Origin: Octopus sinensis
Lineage: Eukaryota
DNA length: 29,786 nucleotides
Assembly: GCF_006345805.1 (NCBI RefSeq)
Contig: NW_021832897.1
Location: 1-29,786 of the forward strand
Reading direction: 5' to 3'
Below, piece by piece: positions 21,789 to 29,786 of this stretch (the first letter of the stretch is position 1; each line of letters starts with the position of its first letter). Both the position numbers and the translations under genes were made by a program. The notes beneath the pieces were generated by a model. The model was not told where the DNA came from. It saw nothing but the letters and a program-made list of their open reading frames with translations, and ran no database searches.

Positions 21789-22171
21789 CAGGCACGTTCC
21801 GTCAGTAATTACGCAGGGTAGGCAGTTGATGACCTTTATGTCGTAAAACACATGAAAATAAGCGAAACAGGCGCGCGACTGAGTTGTATGCAGATTTATT
21901 TCTGCCTTTATAGCAAGTAAAGAAAACGTTGTTGCAGGAATCTATTATGCGTAGCTTAAACACTGAGATTGAAAAGCAGGGGTGAATTATGCCTACCTAA
22001 TCTATAAATAAATTTTTAAATTTTGCATTTTATACCAGGTAATCAGAGTAACCATTATAATTTTATTGAATTAAGTGCATATTTTGCCATAAAAGGAAAA
22101 TATTTCTGTCAATCTATTTTATCCAAGCTAGGCATTGCTTACCTTGCCTACCTAGACAGCACGTCCCCCTG
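21789..22171. mobile_element. hAT-like non-autonomous DNA element
   Basis: Ends are CAGGCACGTTCCGTC and the reverse complement CAGGGGGACGTGCTGTC, with subterminal GGTAGGCA on both sides. The 8-bp flanks ATATATAC / ATACATAC are within a microsatellite, so they are weak TSD evidence. Confidence 0.6.
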
Positions 22172-22218
22172 ATACATACATACATACATACATACATACA
22201 TACATACATACATACATA

Positions 22219-22411
22219 CGTAAGGGTATAAAGGACGCACTTTTTCCAAAAAAAAATGTGTTTAAGAAAATCACCCTCGGCCTGATATACGAAGCCGGGC
22301 TTCTCATAAGCTAATTATGTCGCTGACGCTCACTTCTTTTTGCGCATGCGCTGCTGCTGATATTGGGGTGCGTCTAATATATCCGCGCGTCTTTTATGAA
22401 ATCAAATACGG
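22219..22411. mobile_element. Tc1/mariner (Tc2/pogo-like) MITE, left end eroded
   Basis: Right end GCGTCTTTTATGAAATCAAATACGG|TA. The left ATAAAGGACGCAC is its partial inverted counterpart. Confidence 0.55.
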
Positions 22412-23002
22412 TACTAACTAGATGTAACACAATTCAAATGTAAACCTGTAACTCACCTGTCATTAAACAAGAGTTATAATCTGATAAAGATGATTTAAAA
22501 TATGTATTTATTCCAGATTAAGAGGATATATATTTAAGCATTAACAAAATATGGTATTTAATGCAAGAAATATCACTAAATATAGATTGATTTCATCAAC
22601 ATACAAATATAAGAACATATTTTATTTTCATACCTTAAAACGTAATATTATTCCACCAGATTATATTAATCTATAACTTTACCAATAATCTATCTAACAT
22701 TCTGGATAAAAAATATGATTAATTGCTTTTCTTAACTTGAGTGAAACAAAGAATTTTTTTTTTTCAAAAATATTAATGAAAATGGGGAAAACATTCTCTG
22801 TAAAATAACCATATTCATCAAAAATTCCGAAGAAATATAAAAAAAAAGATCAACCAGTTTTGATTCCTTTAAAGACAAAGAGAACCTACGATAAATTAAT
22901 GCATGGCACTCTAATTAAAAATAAATTTCCATCGCAAAATTCCTTTGTAATTAGTCGCTAGATTTCACGCTCGTCGTAATACACGATTACATTTTAAATA
23001 AT

Positions 23003-23165
23003 TCTTTCTAATTTTTGACACTGGGCCAGCAACTTTGAGGAGAAGGAAAGTCGGTTACATCGCCGCCAGTACTCAGCTGGTATCATCTGGTATACAGTTT
23101 GTCGCTTACATCCACAACTTGACTCGTACTTTATTTTATCGACTCTGAAAACTCAAAGCCGACCT
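23003..23165 (-). mobile_element. Old degenerate SINE-B fragment
   Basis: GTCGGTTACATCG..CCAGTACTCAGCTGGTA..TTTATCGACTCTGAAA matches the SINE-B body. Confidence 0.6.
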
Positions 23166-24029
23166 CTAAACTGTTCTCGTATCTTCCATTATATTTTTAA
23201 TCTTTACAACAGATTTGTCTAATTCATTTGATAGAATTATGGAAATGCCAGATTTTGTTGGTTGATTTCAATCTATATTCTCGATCTGGCATTCGTAACA
23301 ATCATAAAAATAAGTTTTGTATTTTGTATTGTTATTAATGTTTGCAATAAAATAGGCAAACGAAAATGAATGACAATTTAATCATTCTATAACGCAATTA
23401 ATTTTCGTGACCCTAAATTATCAATCTTTAATATGATAAAATATATTTAATGAATTAATTATTTACAGCAAAAAATAAACGTAAAATTCTAAGATTTAAA
23501 ATGGCCAACCCATTTTAAGTAATAACGATGATATACGATTAAAATCCTCACGAAATTTATCACTGTTTAATATATTAATACTTCATATTATATCATAGTA
23601 TTATTAAAACGCAAATTATTGTAGCTGGAGATGGGGAGATGGCAGCACTCCCTATCTTCAAACCACTGGAAAATTTCGTACTCAGATACGAACAACTATA
23701 TTAGATTGCCTAAGATCTACTCCTTAAAACAATTACTTTTCATTAAGCGGGTATTTCCTTTTATTAAAGAAGAATATTATTATGATATTTTTTGCTTCGT
23801 GTTTAGATTTTTTAAATTATCATTTTAAAGTTTTGAGGCGGGGTGGAGGGTTACTGTTCTTCCAGTGGAGGTTAGCAAATTGCTAAAGCATGAAAGTATT
23901 ATATTTGGTAATCTCCGAAGGGAAGAACAATTAAACTCCATTAAAATAATATTTCTTTCATTCATTTAGCCACTAGAGGATATCATTTCAATTAATAATA
24001 ATGAAATAAAAAGAGGATAAACAAATAGT

Positions 24030-24805
24030 AATTTTAAGCTTTGACACAAAGTCAGCAATTTGGGGGGGGGGAGCATGGGACAGTAGATTATATCGGCCCA
24101 GGTATTTGGTTGGAACTTTATTTCGTCAACCCTGTATGAATGGTGAAGTTCACCTTGACGAGGTGTCAAAGCATTTTTTTTCCCCGACATCAACGATTCT
24201 ACCCGCTCGCCGCCTTAATAATCATTTCTACTCAAGGCACAAGGCCTGAAATTTGGAGAAGCGGGGGCTAGTCGATTACATCAACCCTAGTATTCCACTG
24301 GTACTTAACTTATCTACCCCGCGAGGATGAAAGGCAAAGTCGACCTCAGCAGTATTTGAACTCAGAACGTAGCGGTAGACGAAATACCTATTTCTTTACT
24401 ACCCACAAGGGGCTAAACACAGAGATGATAAACAAGCACAGACAAACGGATTAAGTCGATTATATCGACCCCAGTGCATAACTGGTACTTATTTAATCGA
24501 CCCCGAAAGGATGAAAGGCAAAGTCGACCTCGGCGGAATTTGAACTCAGAACGTAACGGCAAACGAAATACCTATTTCTTTACTACTCACAAGGGACTAA
24601 ACACAGAGGAGACAAACAAGGACAGACAGATGGATTAAGTCGTTTATATCGACCCCAGTGCATAACTGGTACTTATTTAATCGACCCCGAAAGGATGAAA
24701 GGCAAAGTCGACCTCGGCGGAATTTGAACTCAGAACGTAACGGCAGACGAAATACCGCAAAGCATTTCGCCCGGCGTGCTAACGTTTTTGCCAGCTCGCC
24801 GCCTT
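24030..24805 (-). mobile_element. SINE-B cluster: old copy (24030-24215) abutting a 3-unit array (24222-24805)
   Basis: Heads GGCGGCGAGC at ~24214 and ~24803, junctions at 24388 and 24572. Confidence 0.9.
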
Positions 24806-24849
24806 AATAATTATAAACAAATAAATAACAAATAGCTCAGTTATACAGA

Positions 24850-25680
24850 TGGCTTAAAGTCCGACACCAGTAAGAATATCAGCTTGAAATTACATCATAA
24901 GTTTTACAATAGGTGACTCAGAGCAATGATGAATAATAGAATCTTAAGATTCTGCTAAAGAAATACCATCGGAAAAAGAATTTTTATTATTATTGACTGG
25001 TAATAGTTTATCTGATACAGAATTATTTGAATCAAGAAAATAAGTACATGTAAAAAAAAAAATAATAAATATATTGTGGGAAATAGATAATTATTTATTT
25101 GACAATGATAAATATGAATGATCTAGGTATCAGGTCGTATAGATATTATGAGGAACAAGAAAGCAGAAGAATTAGCGAAAAAAAAATCGTTAAATGCACG
25201 AAGAAATAGTAAAGATTGCATTTCAAATTTATCTGCAAGTAAAATCTTTCAGTAAAAAACATAATTTGTGAAGAGTGGAAAAAATACTAAGAAGAAACAG
25301 TAAATAAACTATCAAACATTAATCCGCCATTATCTCTTCCAGAGTCACCGTCTTCGTAGAGTGTATCCGTTACTGAACAATACAAATAAAGATTTTATTG
25401 GTTACGTACAACTCGCATTCTTACAAATTATATTCCATCACGAACTGGTTGTATGGAACCACCTTTATATGTACATGGAGACTATTCAGAAACTTTCTGG
25501 CATTATATATAATTCAATGCGAAAATTATCAGATTGAGAGATGATAAATTATTCAATTTTCGAAAAGGTTACCGATGTTTTAAAGATACGATTCATTTAC
25601 AAGAATCTACCAACCTTTTTAATACGATGTTTGAATTCAGAGAGGCAAATACCAAAATATCAAAACCGTTTCAATGATTT
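24850..25680 (+). mobile_element. Decayed RNase H-containing LINE (I/Nimb-like) fragment
   Basis: *VSGRIDIMRNKKAEELAK at 25124-25180 resembles WVPGH..I.GNE.AD.LAK. It is preceded by LLLTGNSLS (TDS-like) and followed by NKLSNINP at 25303-25326 (NKL..IKP-like). Confidence 0.6.
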
Positions 25681-25689
25681 TTGCTATGC

Positions 25690-26467
<778 letters not shown>

Positions 26468-26791
26468 AATTGTTTATAATTTTCATATTTTCGAGTTATT
26501 ATAGGAATTAATGTTTACTTTCTCATCCTCTAATTATCAACTTCCGTCGGGTAACTTTTTCAATAATAACTCCGTCATTATTGACGACTCGGGTATTCCA
26601 GTTACATCATAAAAATCAACATGATTGGCGCAGGAGTGGCTGTGTGGTAAGTAGCTTGCTAACCAACCACATGGTTCCGGGTTCAGTCCCACTGCGTGGC
26701 ACCTTGGGCAAGTGTCTTCTGCTATAGCCCCGGGCCGACCAATACCTTGTGAGTGGATTTGGTAGACGGAAACTGAAAGAAGCCTGTCGTA

Positions 26792-26841
<50 letters not shown>

Positions 26842-26845
<4 letters not shown>

Positions 26846-27843
26846 CACACACACTCGCAGGCGCGCGCACACACGCGCTTGCGCCGGTTCGCGCACGCAT
26901 ACGCGCATGCATGCACCTCGCTCTTGGACCCGACGAGACCTCCCGCTCGTTTCTGGGGCCGTCGCCTGTCGTTGGGTTCTCCCACGCCCGTCTCCGCGGG
27001 ACCACTCTTCCATCTTCCCCTCAGCTGGAGTCCTTTTTCCTTATAACCCCCCCCTTTTTTTGTTACACACGCGCGCACACATACATACACCCACTCACAC
27101 ACACACATTTGCTTAAATATATACATTACTCTTACACACACTTCAAATCTACTCGCCATACATACAACTACGACACTGGACACACACACACTACTACTCA
27201 ACACACACGCTGGCACGTTACATACGCCCCCACCCCTCCCCTCCCTCCCTTCCTCCTTTCTTCATTTTTTTTTTTTTTACTACTGACCACTGTCTGTTAT
27301 GCCTACTACTGTTCGCCCTACCTCACACGCCTACACACAGACGCACACACTAACATATACATATTTTTTTTTTTTTTACTACTGACCACTGTCTGTTATG
27401 CCTACTACTGTTCGCCCTACCTCACACGCCTACACACAGACGCACACACTAACATATACATATATTTTTTGTTTTTTTTATCTCGCCTCACACACATATA
27501 CACACACGCACACGCACACACTCACACATACACACACATCTGTTGCGTTACCAACCCTGTCTCCACTCTTTTGGCTTTAAAAACCTACTTTGCTCTTGTT
27601 ATCGTAAAATTCCGCCTTTCACCATGTGTACTTCGTAAACACCAGTCGTTTTTTTTTTTCTCCCTCTTGTTGCCCACCTTGGGATCTTTCTTTCCTCTCT
27701 CTTCCTTCTTTATGTTTCCGACGAAGAGCTCCGCTCGAAACGTCATACCTTCCTGCTTCCATCTTTCCTGAGCGCCTATTAATAATAATACTGTAATTGT
27801 TCCACGTGTTGTTGTTTTTTCTGTTTTCCCGTTTGGATTAAAA
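26842..27843 (+). mobile_element. Non-autonomous Penelope-like element (CpG-rich 5' part, CA-rich middle with a ~100-bp tandem duplication, hammerhead-bearing 3' end)
   Basis: Bounded by (TA)n on both sides inside SINE A. Duplication at ~27264-27470. The 3' part is homologous to 1297-1510. Confidence 0.65.
27714..27748 (+). ncRNA. Minimal type I hammerhead ribozyme motif (U4C variant)
   Basis: GUUU-CCGACGA-A-GAGC(UCC)GCUC-GAAA-C-GUC-AUAC, with palindromic ACGU stem III and a GUC cleavage triplet. Confidence 0.62.
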
Positions 27844-27844
27844 T

Positions 27845-27877
<33 letters not shown>

Positions 27878-28633
27878 TTGTGTGTCTGTGTTTGTTCCCC
27901 TAGCATTGCTTGACAACCGATGCTGGTGTGTTTACGTCCCCGTCACTTAGCGGTTCGGCAAAAGAGACCGATAGAATAAGTACTGGGCTTCCAAAGAATA
28001 AGTCCTGGGGGTCGATTTGCTCGACTAAAAGGCGGTGCTCCAGCATGGCCGCAGTCAGATGACTGAAACAAGTAAAAGAGTAAAAGAGTAAAAGAGTAAT
28101 GATATTACATATATGATATCCATAAAACCATCAGTCAACAGACAAACGTTTGTTATATCATAGTAAATCCTTACCCCTTGCCCGCTGGTCGCTTGATAAT
28201 GTCCGCTGCTTCCATTTTGTTGCAAAATATAATCTTATCTATTTGGGAGCTATCAATCACTCTTCACCTCTTCATTTCTTTCTTTTTGTCTACATGCCTA
28301 TCTTTCCCCCACCCCCTCTCTTTCTGTTGGTCTGTCTGTCAGTCTGTGTGTATGCGTGTGTATGTGTGTGTGTGTGTGTTTGTGTGGCTTCCATTTCTTT
28401 TCACTTTATTTCTCCACAATACCGTACGTTTCAATTGCCACACTCTCTTCCACCCTCTCTCTCTTCACTCCCCCTCTTTCATTCTCTCTCTCTCTCTCTT
28501 TCTCTTCTCAACTCCGTTTCTTTTTCTCACTCTCTTAATCTGCCTCACGTGGATCCCTTTTTTTTCCTATTCTATCAACCTTTCTTTCGCCCGCTTCTGA
28601 GCAGCCACACGTACACACACTAAGATACGCATG

Positions 28634-28893
28634 CACACACACACACACACACATTCTGCATATGCATACACGCACACAATCACATACACACACACACACA
28701 CACATTCTGCATATGCATACACGCACACAATCACATACACACACACACACACATTCTGCATATGCATACACGCACACAATCACACACACTCACACTCATA
28801 TATTCTGCATATACATACACGCTCACGATCACACACATACATACACACACACACTTATACATTCTGCACACACACACGCACACACACACACAC

Positions 28894-28926
<33 letters not shown>
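28634..28926. repeat. ~50-bp minisatellite built on (CA)n (unit includes ATTCTGCATATGCATACACGCACACAATCAC)
   Basis: Three close copies and two decayed copies. Confidence 0.9.
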
Positions 28927-28929
<3 letters not shown>

Positions 28930-29058
28930 ATGTTTGTAGCAAAAGATGAGCATTTTAGATTGAAGGAATCCATTTAGAGCTGAACACATGTTGCTGGATA
29001 TGTCATCACGGGAACGATTGTTTTAAAGTGATGAGATAAATCTCTAGGAAAAGACCAC

Positions 29059-29786
29059 GACGATGACGATGACGGTGGTGGTGGTGGTGGTGGTTTGGGG
29101 AGGCGATGATGATGATGATGATAAGGAAGAGGATGTGCAAGAGGAGGATATAGAAGGAAAAGTAGGAGGGGAAACAAAGAAGAAGAGGAAGAAGGAGGAG
29201 TGAAGAAGAAGAAGAAGAAGAAGAAGAGGAGGAGGAGGAGGAGGGGGAGGAGGGGACGAGGAGGGGGAGGAGAAGAAGATGATGAAGATGAAGAGCAAGA
29301 AGAAGAGCAAGAAGAAGAAGAGTAGGAGGAGAAGAAGAAGAAGAAGAAGAAGAAAAAGAGGAAGAAGAAGAAGAAGAAGAGTAGGAGGAGGAGGGGAGAA
29401 GAAATAAGTAGGTGACAGCACCAGCAGCATCGGCAGCAGCAGCAGCAATAACAGTAAAACAGAAACCTTGATAGCAGCCCCCCCCCCACAACATCACCAC
29501 CAACAACAACAGCAGCAGCAGCAGCAGCAAAAGCAATAAAAACAACAACATTAGTTGCAGCAACATTTCTCAGATGGTCGATTCGAAACCAATTTATCAA
29601 TCAAAACTGGCATTGTGCTCATTTCGAGTTTTCAAAAAAAAGCCACCTACTCTTTCTACTTCTCTCATTCTCTCTTTTCTCTCTCTCTCTCTCTCTCTCC
29701 TCATTTAACTCCCTCATTCTCTCTTTTCTTTCTTTCTTTCGTTCGTTCTTTCTTTCTTTCGTTCGTTCTTTCTTTCTTACCCTCTC
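29059..29786. repeat. Mixed trinucleotide low-complexity region (GAT/GGT/GAA/GGA/CAG/AAC) followed by a CT/TTTC pyrimidine tract
   Basis: Direct reading. Confidence 0.9.

Larger units (their letters stand above)
26627..28099 (+). mobile_element. SINE family A split by a ~1-kb insertion in its internal (TA)n
   Basis: 5' half at 26627-26790, 3' half at ~27865-28099 ending in (AAAGAGT)n. Confidence 0.9.

Noticed and set aside
22341-22351. NRF1-like site TGCGCATGCGC
   Set aside because: Single motif inside a MITE with no other promoter evidence.
25290-25375. Minus-strand exon candidate TDTLYEDGDSGRDNGGLM
   Set aside because: The plus strand is better explained as colinear RNase H LINE remnant motifs.
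26627-26700. tRNA genes at SINE heads (also 21350, 8374, 13455)
   Set aside because: A and B boxes are present, but the sequence continues into multicopy SINE bodies and I could not fold a complete cloverleaf.
26749-27771. 340-aa ORF, the longest in the window
   Set aside because: It runs through SINE, (TA)n and CA-rich repeats, with no RT or GIY-YIG motifs.

Overview
AT-rich animal DNA, dense in repeats and essentially non-coding. The tRNA-derived SINE families and very high microsatellite load suggest an octopod cephalopod (inference, not database-checked). No confidently supported host gene or intact transposon ORF is present, and most listed ORFs are microsatellite or SINE artefacts. Retroelements: three tRNA-headed SINE families (called A, B and C here), three Penelope-like termini each carrying a minimal hammerhead-ribozyme motif, four C-terminal fragments of an R4/Dong-type (restriction-like endonuclease) LINE, and RTE, L1/Tx1-like and RNase H LINE remnants. 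DNA elements: Tigger-, mariner-, Tc2-, hAT- and piggyBac-like MITEs. Four observations stand out. (1) A SINE-B tail variant (B2) is joined at 15 of 15 occurrences into the A-box/B-box region of another SINE, building arrays inside a single old TSD, with tail subtype perfectly coupled to landing site. (2) An ~85-bp satellite carrying the octamer ATGCAAAT is inserted cleanly into a SINE. (3) A 1.1-kb fold-back inverted duplication. (4) A 26-nt unique flank copied in inverted orientation 6.5 kb away.
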